Below, in pieces: positions 1-7,838 of a DNA stretch of 32,000 nt; within the stretch, counting starts at the first letter, position 1, and every line of letters begins with the position of its first letter. Origin of the DNA: Alphaproteobacteria bacterium. Its GTDB lineage: Bacteria > Pseudomonadota > Alphaproteobacteria > Reyranellales > Reyranellaceae. Under the pieces are notes generated by a model, which worked only from the letters and a program-made list of their open reading frames with translations, ran no database searches and was not told where the DNA came from. The position numbers and the translations under genes were made by a program. The stretch is from contig JAFKFL010000030.1 of the NCBI GenBank assembly GCA_017308235.1, forward strand, positions 1-32,000, in the 5' to 3' direction.

Positions 1-1
1 C

Positions 2-172
2 TTCGAGAAGCTCGCCGCAGGTATGAACGCGGGCCAGCGTGAAGAGCTCAAAGCCGCATGGCCGGCAATGCGGACGGCACAGCAACTCTCCGCCCGGCAG
101 CGCACGGCTGAGGCGCTGAAGCAGGCCGAGACGATGGGGCAGTCGCAGCGGCAGGGGTTGTCGCTGAAATGA
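2..172 (+). CDS. traA: TraA relaxase/helicase, C-terminal end only (gene continues left of the window)
   Basis: Frame 2 is open from the window edge to TGA at 170-172 (...AEALKQAETMGQSQRQGLSLK*). The stop overlaps the traF ATG (ATGA). Its position upstream of traF-traB-traH matches the Ti/rhizobial traAFBH operon order. Only 56 codons are visible, so identity rests on synteny. Confidence 0.5.
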   Translation, partial: FEKLAAGMNAGQREELKAAWPAMRTAQQLSARQRTAEALKQAETMGQSQRQGLSLK

Positions 173-750
173 TGGTTGGTGTGCGAGCCGATGCTGATAA
201 GGCGGCCGGAAGGAAAGACGAGACGCGCCGCCGCGCGCTGGCGATCCCGGCTGGTGGTGCGATCGGTATTGCCTTGATCGCCGGCCTGGGCTGGCTCGGC
301 GGATTGCGGATCAACTTGACGCCGAGCGAGCCGCTCGGGCTCTGGCGGAGCGTCCCACTCGATCGGCCCGTCGCTGTCGGCGATCTCGTTTTCGTCTGCC
401 CGCCGCCGGGACCGATCACCGATTTCGGCCTCGAGCGCGGATATTTCCGGTGGGGATCATGCCCGGCCGGCGTCGCGCCGCTCATCAAGACCGTCGTCGC
501 GCTTGCAGGGGCTCGCATCGATGTAGGCGCCGAGGTCGCGATCGACGGCGTTGCGTTTTCCCGATCCCAGACCAGCGACCGAGACGGGGCCGGTCGGCCC
601 CTTACGACCTGGCCTGGCGGCATCGTGCCGGCGGGTCAGATCTTCCTCCATTCTCCCTTCGCAGGTTCCTATGACTCCCGCTACTTCGGGCCGGTCCCGC
701 TCACTGGCCTTCTTGGCCTTGCGCGGCCGCTTCTCACGATCGATCCCTGA
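169..750 (+). CDS. traF: TraF conjugative-transfer signal peptidase (S26-like)
   Basis: 193-aa ORF with an N-terminal TM segment (AIPAGGAIGIALIAGLGWLGG) and a C-terminal ...HSPFAGSYDSRYFGPVP motif typical of TraF/S26 peptidases. ATGA overlap with the upstream stop. traAFBH synteny. Confidence 0.85.
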   Translation: MMVGVRADADKAAGRKDETRRRALAIPAGGAIGIALIAGLGWLGGLRINLTPSEPLGLWRSVPLDRPVAVGDLVFVCPPPGPITDFGLERGYFRWGSCPAGVAPLIKTVVALAGARIDVGAEVAIDGVAFSRSQTSDRDGAGRPLTTWPGGIVPAGQIFLHSPFAGSYDSRYFGPVPLTGLLGLARPLLTIDP

Positions 751-1906
751 TCGCCGCCGCACTCTTTTCCTCGTGACCGGGGCTGCCGCAACCGGCTGGA
801 TCGGGTGGTCTGGTCATGTTCTGACCCTGCCGCTCACCATGCTGTTCCCGGCACTGTGGGCCTGGGCGCCAAACCGTGCCGCGGCCGCCGCAGTTGCAGT
901 GGCCTATTTTTTGGCGGCGGCGCGCGGCCTGCCAGAAAGCGTCGCCACCTTCTTCGGCACCACGGTGTGGGCAGGTATCCTGCTATGGCTCGTGGCCTCG
1001 CTGTCTTTTGTCGTGGTGCATACCGCGTTCTGGACAGCGCGGCCGGGATGGACACGGGCGCTCCGCTATCTGGCGGCGGCCGGACTGATGGCGATCCCGC
1101 CCTTCGGCATCGTCGGCTGGGCGCATCCGGTGACGGCTGCCGGCGTTCTCTTTCCCGCTTGGGGATGGTGGGGACTGTTAGCGACGACAGTCAGCCTTGC
1201 CCTCGTGTCGACGAGGTTCTGGCTAGCCGCCACCATAGCCTTGGGAGGCTTCTGGATTTGGTCCGCCGCAAGCTGGACGGAGCCGATGCTACCGAAACGA
1301 TGGAAGGGTGTCGACACGGAGCTGGGCGTGGCGCTCGGGCGCGACAATGCCCTGCAACGACATCGCCAGCTGGCCGGCATGGTGCGGACCCGGGCGCTGG
1401 AAGGAGCGCCGGTCGTCGTATTGCCCGAGAGCGCGCTCGGTCCGCTGACGCCGACTGTAGTGAGCTTCTGGGCCGACGCACTTGCCGACCTCGATGTCAC
1501 CGTTGTCGCCGGCGCGGCGGTGATCGGCTCGGGAGGGTACGACAATGTCATGGTCGAGCTCCGTTCGGCGAGCGCGATGATCCGCTATCGCGCGCGCATG
1601 CCGGTTCCAGTTTCGATGTGGCAGCCGTGGCGGGCCTGGTTCGGGGACAGTGGCGGCGCGCGCGCCACCTTTTTTGCCGATCCCGTCGTGGAGATCGCCG
1701 GGCGCCGTGTCGCGCCGCTGATCTGCTACGAGCAGCTTCTGGTGTGGCCGATCCTGCAGTCGGCGCTGTATCGGCCCGATGCGATTGTCGCCATCGCGAA
1801 TGCTTGGTGGGCCACCGGCACCTCCGTACCGGCGATCCAGACAGCCAGCGTTACCGCATGGTCGCGTCTGTTTGGAGCCTCTCTCGTCACATCCTTCAAC
1901 CGCTGA
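671..1906 (+). CDS. traB: TraB conjugal transfer protein (polytopic membrane N-half plus CN-hydrolase/Lnt-like C-half)
   Basis: Frame is open from 551. There are several hydrophobic segments, followed by VVVLPESALG and PLICYEQLL motifs. Position between traF and traH. The start is ambiguous: ATG 671, TTG 713/719 or GTG 773 are all in frame. The 551 start overlaps traF by 200 nt and is unlikely. Confidence 0.8.
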   Translation: MTPATSGRSRSLAFLALRGRFSRSIPDRRRTLFLVTGAAATGWIGWSGHVLTLPLTMLFPALWAWAPNRAAAAAVAVAYFLAAARGLPESVATFFGTTVWAGILLWLVASLSFVVVHTAFWTARPGWTRALRYLAAAGLMAIPPFGIVGWAHPVTAAGVLFPAWGWWGLLATTVSLALVSTRFWLAATIALGGFWIWSAASWTEPMLPKRWKGVDTELGVALGRDNALQRHRQLAGMVRTRALEGAPVVVLPESALGPLTPTVVSFWADALADLDVTVVAGAAVIGSGGYDNVMVELRSASAMIRYRARMPVPVSMWQPWRAWFGDSGGARATFFADPVVEIAGRRVAPLICYEQLLVWPILQSALYRPDAIVAIANAWWATGTSVPAIQTASVTAWSRLFGASLVTSFNR

Positions 1907-1921
1907 GCAGGGAGCTCGCTT

Positions 1922-2524
1922 ATGGCATTCGATGCAGATCTCCTCCGAACGTGCGCCGACCCTTCCCTTAAGCCGGCGATCGTCGAGCAATTCGTCAAGC
2001 AGGCGGGATCGCCCGATCCGCTCGCGGTGACCGTCCGAAGCGGCAGTCGCGTGATCCTCGTGCCACCTTTGAAAACGCCTGAGCAAGCTCTAGAGGTCGT
2101 CCGAGAGCATCTTGGAAAGTCCGTCGTTCGGGTCGGTATCACGCAGTATCCGGCCGGCGTTGGCATCCGCGATGTGTCTGAGCTTTCGCCGCAGCTGCTG
2201 CAACCTTGCGACAATATTCGTATGGGAACAGCACTGTTCGGAAAGGTCTGGCGGGTCGTGCTGAAATGGTACGGCAATCCGACGGCCGAAGACGTCATGA
2301 CGCAGGTGCTCGACGACGCGCTCCATGCCTGGAAGACGGGGCAGTTCGAGGGGACGGCGGTTTTTACCGCGCCCGATCCGGGGGAGACCAAAGCCATCGC
2401 CCCGAAACTCGAAGACGCACCCCAATCTGCGCCTGTAGCGGAGCCACAGGAAACACCGGCGGACGATCCGAGCAAGTCAGGGATCCGCATCGACTTGTCG
2501 GGGATCGGAGGAAGGGCACCATAG
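1922..2524 (+). CDS. traH: TraH conjugal transfer protein
   Basis: 200-aa ORF starting 15 nt after the traB stop, with an acidic/Pro-rich C-terminal tail. Size and position match the last gene of Ti-type traAFBH operons. Confidence 0.75.
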   Translation: MAFDADLLRTCADPSLKPAIVEQFVKQAGSPDPLAVTVRSGSRVILVPPLKTPEQALEVVREHLGKSVVRVGITQYPAGVGIRDVSELSPQLLQPCDNIRMGTALFGKVWRVVLKWYGNPTAEDVMTQVLDDALHAWKTGQFEGTAVFTAPDPGETKAIAPKLEDAPQSAPVAEPQETPADDPSKSGIRIDLSGIGGRAP

Positions 2525-2545
2525 CGAATCCGCCGACGAGCTAGG

Positions 2546-3595
2546 CTATTCGACGATGATGTCGCGCGTCAACAATTCGGTTTCTGAAAAACACAGGCTA
2601 GATAGATCGATCGAAACATAGATCTTCAGCCGGGCATGCGTGCGCGACGTCGTTTCTAGCTCCGTCGGGACAATGTCGTCATCCTTGTCGCGCAGTTCCT
2701 CTTGATCGAGGTAGCGCACTTTCGCATCGAGGACCGCGTTAGCTTGCAGAATCAGTCCGATTCGGTTGCCATCGAAAGCCGCCACGGCGTAGTCGTCGAC
2801 GCTGATGATCTCTTCGAGCGCGGCTGACGGTACGCTGCCCTCGGTGAGCGACCCAAAATAGGTGAAGTCCACGAAATCAAGGTCGCTCTCAATCGCCAGG
2901 ACGAGTTGCTCGTCAAAACCGGGGGCGGCCAATACCTCATCCGCAATCGTCTCGACATCTGTTCCGCTGCTCGCAGTTGCTGATGCGAGAACCTCGTCCA
3001 GAGCTTGCAACGGCAGGAGTGTGTCGTGACTCTCCGCGGCTTGGCGAAGCGCCACGTCCCCGCTGACCACATACATGGAGATATCATTGTTCTTGCAGTA
3101 GCGGGCGAGGCCTTCGATCACGAAGGCATCGGGAAACTCCTTGCTGCCTCTCTGCTCGAAGGGGGCCTGGCCTGCGAAATATCGCTCGAACACGATGCGG
3201 GCGGGGATCTCGAGCGCGGAGACCGAATGCCCGCGCAGGCGTTTGATCAATATCTCGACGAAGCCCGCCCACGCGGAGTCGGCCAGGGCCACGCCGTCGA
3301 TGTCCTTCATCGCGTCGTTTGCCTGTCCGGCAATTTGCGAGATGCGGTTGAAATCGCGGGCTAGGCGCTTCGCATCGGCCGCTTTGGACAAGATCTCCTC
3401 GGTGAGCTGGCGCCGGATTTCGGACAGGGTGATGTCGGTGAAGTGCAGGACGATGCGGCCTGCTTCGATCTCCCCGCGGAGCAAGGCGAACTGCGTGTTG
3501 GAAATGTTGAAGCCGGCACGGCGATAGACCTCCGTGTCGAGGAAGACATGACGCGTCCGTAGCGGCTCCGTGGGTTTGCGTGTGGGCTTGGTCAT
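2546..3595 (-). CDS. PIN-like (DUF4935-type) predicted nuclease, 349 aa
   Basis: The ATG at 3595-3593 overlaps the vapC stop (ATGA). The N-terminus RHVFLDTEVY carries the first PIN Asp, followed by TDITLSEIRRQL (Glu), FPDAFVIEGLARY (Asp) and YVVSGDVAL (Asp). The C-terminal ~170 aa are acidic and unassigned. The longer 491-aa ORF in the track is a frame run-through across vapC. Confidence 0.7.
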   Translation of the reverse strand: MTKPTRKPTEPLRTRHVFLDTEVYRRAGFNISNTQFALLRGEIEAGRIVLHFTDITLSEIRRQLTEEILSKAADAKRLARDFNRISQIAGQANDAMKDIDGVALADSAWAGFVEILIKRLRGHSVSALEIPARIVFERYFAGQAPFEQRGSKEFPDAFVIEGLARYCKNNDISMYVVSGDVALRQAAESHDTLLPLQALDEVLASATASSGTDVETIADEVLAAPGFDEQLVLAIESDLDFVDFTYFGSLTEGSVPSAALEEIISVDDYAVAAFDGNRIGLILQANAVLDAKVRYLDQEELRDKDDDIVPTELETTSRTHARLKIYVSIDLSSLCFSETELLTRDIIVE

Positions 3596-3975
3596 GGCGT
3601 CTGAATGTCGGTCTGGTTGAAGTGATTCCCGCAAAACAGGAGGGGCTCGCCGGTGGCCTCGGCGAGGACATAGGCGAAGCAGTCGCCATAGTTCAGGCCC
3701 GCCTTGTGCCGCCCCTTGCCGAAATCGAGGAACGCCTGCCGGGCAAGCTCGCCATGCTCTTCCGTCACCGGCTTGATAGTGATGCCGGCGCGGCGGATGA
3801 AGGCTTCGGCCTGCCGCATGCCGTCGGGGCCGAGCTGTCTTTCGATCACCATCGACAGCTCGAAATAGTTCGCCACACTCATGCGGCTGATATCGGCGTC
3901 CTGAAGGTTTGCAAAGAACTCCGCTTCTTTTTCGCGGTATAGCACCGCGACCATGGCGGAAGTATCGATGATCAC
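3592..3975 (-). CDS. vapC: VapC-family PIN-domain toxin, 127 aa
   Basis: GTG start. (M)IIDTSAMVAVL carries the first PIN Asp; NYFELSMV, YGDCFAYVLA and a C-terminal PLLFCGNHFNQTD motif follow. The start overlaps the VapB-like frame stop (GTGA). Confidence 0.85.
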   Translation of the reverse strand: MIIDTSAMVAVLYREKEAEFFANLQDADISRMSVANYFELSMVIERQLGPDGMRQAEAFIRRAGITIKPVTEEHGELARQAFLDFGKGRHKAGLNYGDCFAYVLAEATGEPLLFCGNHFNQTDIQTP

Positions 3976-4220
3976 TTTGGCAGGCCGTCTTTACCATAGA
4001 GAGGATCGGCGTGGTCGGCACACGGACGCCTTACATGTGCCGCGGCGCGATCGGCGATCGTCAGCAATTCCTTCACGCTCGCTCTGCCCCTCCACGTTCG
4101 ATCTGAGCATGGCGATCACGCAAGGCCTGGGTTACGATATGGGTCATGCTTTCGCCAGTTGATGGGGGCGATGCTCTGAGCCCATCGGTGGGCCTCCGGA
4201 TCCTTGATGTTGAGGCCCAT
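3972..4220 (-). pseudogene. vapB: VapB-type antitoxin with two frame shifts (or two sequencing indels)
   Basis: Minus strand from ATG 4220 reads MGLNIKDPEAHRWAQSIAP, then reaches an in-frame stop at 4118-4116. The VapB-like continuation STGESMTHIVTQALRDRHAQIERGGAERA is in the +1 frame (4162-4076). The tail VKELLTIADRAAAHVRRPCADHADPLYGKDGLPK* is back in the original frame. The first shift lies at a C5/G5 run (4164-4168). Confidence 0.55.
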
Positions 4221-4472
4221 GGCCGCGATTGTTTCTATAAAAAACAACAGCCCTCTGCGACTCTATCAAGCGGCGTCGTAGTGGACAAGATCAGCCCCAA
4301 AGTGTGTGTGGCGCGACCCCCTTAGATTGGATGGCATAGACGCGATGAAAGGCCACCAAAATGCAAGTTCGTGCCGTCACTTGAGAGCAGCTTTTTAGTC
4401 AAAATGCACGCGTTGTGATCTGGCGCGAACGACCACTTGCTTCTATGAAAGTCGCAAGGTGGTACGCGCCGC

Positions 4473-4619
4473 CTCGGGGCTTAGAATCCCCTGATGAACG
4501 GTTGGTGCCGGCCGTAACGGCACCGAATCCTCTGACCTTGCGGCCGGGGGCTTGCGACGTATGTCCAGGCTTCCAGCTAAAGGTCGTAGGGCCGTTTCAT
4601 CACGGATTCTAACCCCCGG
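4473..4619. repeat. Long imperfect inverted repeat (arms ~28 nt) enclosing ~90 nt with an inner hairpin
   Basis: Left arm CTCGGGGCTTAGAATCCCCTGATGAACGG (4473-4501) pairs with right arm CCGTTTCATCACGGATTCTAACCCCCGG (4592-4619) at about 25 of 28 positions. The inner hairpin is GGTGCCG-gccgtaa-CGGCACC (4504-4524). The element ends 55 nt upstream of the traM ATG. Confidence 0.6.
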
Positions 4620-4673
4620 CTTGGGGTCATGGGATGTTTGTTGGCGGGGGCGCACCGCGGACACCAAGCGCAG

Positions 4674-4991
4674 ATGGTTGAAATGATCGGATCCGGAGAG
4701 TCAGAAACGCAAGTGCAAACGATCTTGAGGCCGATCGTCGGACTAACCCGCAATCTCCCGAAGGCGGTTCTTGAGCCAATCGTCATCGAGGCGATCCGCA
4801 AGCATCGGTTCCTTCGTGACCTCGCGGAAATGCGGCAAACCGAATCCAGCAAGTATGCGGAGCGCGAAGGTTCTGTCGGCCCCGCAGGGGCCGCCTATGT
4901 CAGAGCGATGATCGACGTGCACGCTCAGCAGACAGTGCTCTCGACGCTGCTCGATGTGCTCGGATATGTGCCGGAGGTTCCGGCCGACTGA
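4674..4991 (+). CDS. traM: TraM anti-activator of TraR, 105 aa
   Basis: From ATG 4674: MVEMIGSGESETQVQTILRPIVGLTRNLP...IEAIRKHR...YVRAMIDVHAQQTVLSTLLDVLGYVPEV. Size, helical character and the convergent position next to traR fit TraM. Confidence 0.8.
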   Translation: MVEMIGSGESETQVQTILRPIVGLTRNLPKAVLEPIVIEAIRKHRFLRDLAEMRQTESSKYAEREGSVGPAGAAYVRAMIDVHAQQTVLSTLLDVLGYVPEVPAD

Positions 4992-4995
4992 CGCG

Positions 4996-5700
4996 TCAGA
5001 TCAGTTTCAGTTTTGTGGCGACAGCCGTCGCCTGAGCGAGGCTTGCAGCCTCGAGAGTCTCGCGAGCGTTGTTGAGATGAAAGTTGACGGTAGCGAAGGA
5101 TAGGTTCTCGAGCACTGCGATATCCTTCATCGATTTGCCTTCCGCGGACCACTTCAAGCAAAGTGCCTGTCTGGCCGTGAGTTGCGGATGATGTTGTGCC
5201 GTTGGCCTTGCGTTCTTTGCTTGAAGCGCCGTATGGAGATACGCAACGGCCGTAACGGCCGCAACCTGGTCGATATCTTTATCCAGCGAAAGCGTTGGCT
5301 TGCTGGAAGCGAGCGTTAACATCGACATATGTCGGCCGGACGTTTGAACCGGAATGCTGATGCCGGATCTGATTCCGAAATCGCTCGCTTCGGAGTAGAA
5401 GCGTTTCAGCTCCTTCGTCTCACATTCTCTAAGAGCTGGGGCAGACCAGGAAAAGGCGCGCATCGTGGTGCTTGCCGTTCGAACTACAGGATCCACTTCT
5501 CTGTAGCCAACCGCGAAGTAGCGATCTTGCCATTCCTGCGCATAGTTCGAGACCGCATGCATGCGAACAGGTTCCACATAGAGGTATGCATAGCCGTCAA
5601 AACCCAGATCCTGAACCAATGCCGGGAGTGCACCCCTCAGCATCTCGTCTGTGGCGGCAACGGAAGCGACGTCTGTCAGCCTCTGGAACCATGTTCTCAA
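4996..5700 (-). CDS. traR: TraR, LuxR-family AHL-responsive transcriptional activator, 234 aa
   Basis: Has an autoinducer-binding-type N-domain (GFDGYAYLY..., DPVV, FGIRSGISIP) and a C-terminal LuxR HTH (LTARQALCLKWSAEGKSMKDIAVLENLSFATVNFHLNNA). The TTG start at 5700-5698 is preceded by AGGAGG and a 7-nt spacer, and gives exactly the usual 234 aa. ATGs further upstream (5808, 5931) lack an SD. Confidence 0.88.
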   Translation of the reverse strand: MRTWFQRLTDVASVAATDEMLRGALPALVQDLGFDGYAYLYVEPVRMHAVSNYAQEWQDRYFAVGYREVDPVVRTASTTMRAFSWSAPALRECETKELKRFYSEASDFGIRSGISIPVQTSGRHMSMLTLASSKPTLSLDKDIDQVAAVTAVAYLHTALQAKNARPTAQHHPQLTARQALCLKWSAEGKSMKDIAVLENLSFATVNFHLNNARETLEAASLAQATAVATKLKLI

Positions 5701-6062
5701 TATCGTACCTCCTGCGATACAACTCCGGCTTTCATCGCGAGGCAGGTGCCCGACGGATTTCCCGTCGCCGTTGGTTTGATAGCTGGCAGTACCCCCAACC
5801 AGTGACATCGCCTCCAGAGCCCGGATCAATCGAATCGTCGCGAGAAGCGTGCTGCCACCGTCCAAATCAGTCTCGCCACTTAAAATTGATACCGAACGCT
5901 TGCGCGATGGGCAATATTCCAGCCATGTCAAGCTTGCTCAGTGAGCGACTGAGCAGGTTGGGCAGGGAAATAAACGATGCAGTGAGAAAATATTATCGAT
6001 ATATATTTAATATACGTTCGGGAGTGGAGAGATATATTCGAAATAATCAGTTTAAAGTCATT

Positions 6063-7361
6063 CTAATATTTATATGGCGTCGGGAACACGATATCTTGAT
6101 CGACGAGGATGTTGAACCGGTAGCCGGGTCTGATCTCGAGGGTGGGCTGAACGTCAAGGTTTTTGTTGATAGTGCGCTCGGCGACGCGGCCGAATGTCTC
6201 GGCGAAATTGCGACGGGCGGCATCGGACGCTGTGTCCTGGGTCGCCAGCGTCGAGCTCTGCGGGATAGCCATGTCCATGCCGGTGCCGATGATAGCGAGC
6301 AGGATCGCGGAGCCGAATGTCTTGAAGTAGTGGTTGTCGACCTTGTCCTTGAAGCCTCCATAACCTTCTGCGTCAGTGCCGGCCATGCCGCCAATCTGGA
6401 GGGTCGAGCCGTTCGGGAAGATAATATCAGTCCAGATCACGAGCACCCTGCTCTGCCCGAACGATACCTTGCTGTCGTAGCGGCCCATTAACTTCGTACC
6501 TTGCGGAATGAGAAGGCGGTGCCCGGTCGCGCTGTCATAGACATTTTGGGACACCTGGGCGGTGATGCGGCCTGGAAGATCAGAATTGATACCGGTGATC
6601 AGCGTTGCGGGAATGACCGAGCCGCGCTTTAGCTCGTAGAGGGAACGCTGCGGTACGACCTGGTTAGGCAGGTAGCCGAGCTTGGCCAGATCGGCGTTGA
6701 AGAAATTTTCCTTCTTCGTTTGTCCGTTGGGGTCGAGGTTCTGGCCGTTGAGGCCGGCCTGCAAGGCGGTGCTGTAAAGATCGGACGCTGATGGCGTGGC
6801 CACCTGTGCCGGGTTTGCTGGATTGACGGGGCCGGCTGCGGTCGCGGCCGCCTTCAGCTTGTCGGTGGTGATGGCGAGCGGTGCATCATAGGCCACATCA
6901 TTCGCCTGCAGGCGCGCCATGCGCTGGCGCTGACGCTCGCGCCACAACTGCTCTTGTCCCTCTCGCTCGAGGCGCGCCCGCCAGACCTCTTCCGGTTCGA
7001 GTTCGACCTGGCGGGGTTCCTCCGCCCGTTTTGGTGCGGCGACGAATGGATTGGCGGAGCCCTCCTTCCGGTCGACCTGAGGCGTGACCAGCACGGGCTG
7101 GGGTACGGGCTGGTCTCCGATGATACCGTCGGTGACGCCGCGCTTCAGTTGATCGGCAAAGGTAGTCGCCGGCGGACCGCCGGAAGTGGTGATGTCCGGT
7201 GCCCCCCGGAAGATGAGACCGCGCGAGGTCAGTCCGTAGAAAATTATACCGAGGAAAAGCACGAGAAGCACGATTGCGGTGATGATCGGTAGACGATTGA
7301 GGCGCCGAATGCCCTTCTTGTCCGTCGCGGCCGACGCGCCGCCAAGCTTGAGGGATTGCAT
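6063..7361 (-). CDS. trbI: TrbI (VirB10-like) mating-pair-formation protein
   Basis: 432 aa with an N-terminal TM (LPIITAIVLLVLFLGIIFYGL), a Pro/Gln/Glu-rich linker and a conserved C-terminal VirB10-type region. Last gene of the trb order. Confidence 0.9.
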   Translation of the reverse strand: MQSLKLGGASAATDKKGIRRLNRLPIITAIVLLVLFLGIIFYGLTSRGLIFRGAPDITTSGGPPATTFADQLKRGVTDGIIGDQPVPQPVLVTPQVDRKEGSANPFVAAPKRAEEPRQVELEPEEVWRARLEREGQEQLWRERQRQRMARLQANDVAYDAPLAITTDKLKAAATAAGPVNPANPAQVATPSASDLYSTALQAGLNGQNLDPNGQTKKENFFNADLAKLGYLPNQVVPQRSLYELKRGSVIPATLITGINSDLPGRITAQVSQNVYDSATGHRLLIPQGTKLMGRYDSKVSFGQSRVLVIWTDIIFPNGSTLQIGGMAGTDAEGYGGFKDKVDNHYFKTFGSAILLAIIGTGMDMAIPQSSTLATQDTASDAARRNFAETFGRVAERTINKNLDVQPTLEIRPGYRFNILVDQDIVFPTPYKY

Positions 7362-7378
7362 CGCGGTCCCCTCCCCTC

Positions 7379-7834
7379 TCAGCTGCGCTTCATCACGGAG
7401 ACCGGGCTTGCGGGAGCTGCGCCGGTCTGTGTCATGGTGTAGACGCGCCCAATTTCGATCGATCCGGTCGAAAGGCGGGCAAGCACCTGGCCGTCGACGG
7501 GGACGAGGACATACGCAAGGGGGATCGCCTTCGGGTCTTTGGAATTCTGCTCGGACGTGACGGCATAGCCCCAGGTGCGAAGTGAAGCTTCGAGAGCGGA
7601 ACCAAATGTGGAGCTATCCGCCTTCAGAATGATGGTCGCCGTGCCTGGTCCGATCTGTTCTGCGAAGCGCGGCACGAGGTCGCCGGCGACGGCCGACGCC
7701 GCGGGCGCCGTCAGCTCCGTCGGCGCGCTGCTGGCGACAAGCCCGCTGCCGCCAAGAGTCTGGCAGCCGGAGAGAACGGCGGCGACGAACAGGAGCGCGG
7801 CCGGTCGGATGGTTGGAAGGAGCTTCCTGAGCAT
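7379..7834 (-). CDS. trbH: TrbH lipoprotein
   Basis: 151 aa with a signal peptide and lipobox (AAVLSGCQT). Position between trbG and trbI. Confidence 0.8.
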   Translation of the reverse strand: MLRKLLPTIRPAALLFVAAVLSGCQTLGGSGLVASSAPTELTAPAASAVAGDLVPRFAEQIGPGTATIILKADSSTFGSALEASLRTWGYAVTSEQNSKDPKAIPLAYVLVPVDGQVLARLSTGSIEIGRVYTMTQTGAAPASPVSVMKRS

Positions 7835-7838
7835 GGCG

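Noticed and set aside
1933-1941. TGCAGATCT, half of a Ti-type tra box core, at the start of traH
   Set aside because: Only one half-site is present (followed by CCTCC, not GCA). It lies inside coding sequence with no promoter context.
2546-4021. 491-aa ORF suggesting one large protein spanning the vapC region
   Set aside because: The first 142 codons are an Arg/Pro/Gly-rich out-of-frame run across vapC and vapB. The recognisable PIN-like protein starts at ATG 3595, which overlaps the vapC stop.
4260-4440. Possible small gene or terminator between vapB and the inverted-repeat element (e.g. CAAGT...ACTTG followed by agcttttt near 4365-4397)
   Set aside because: The stem is only 5 bp with a long loop, and no ORF with an SD is present. 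The evidence is insufficient for a call.
4996-5931. 311-aa version of traR starting at ATG 5931 (or 5808)
   Set aside because: No SD precedes those ATGs and the extension has no LuxR-family counterpart. TTG 5700 with AGGAGG gives the canonical length.
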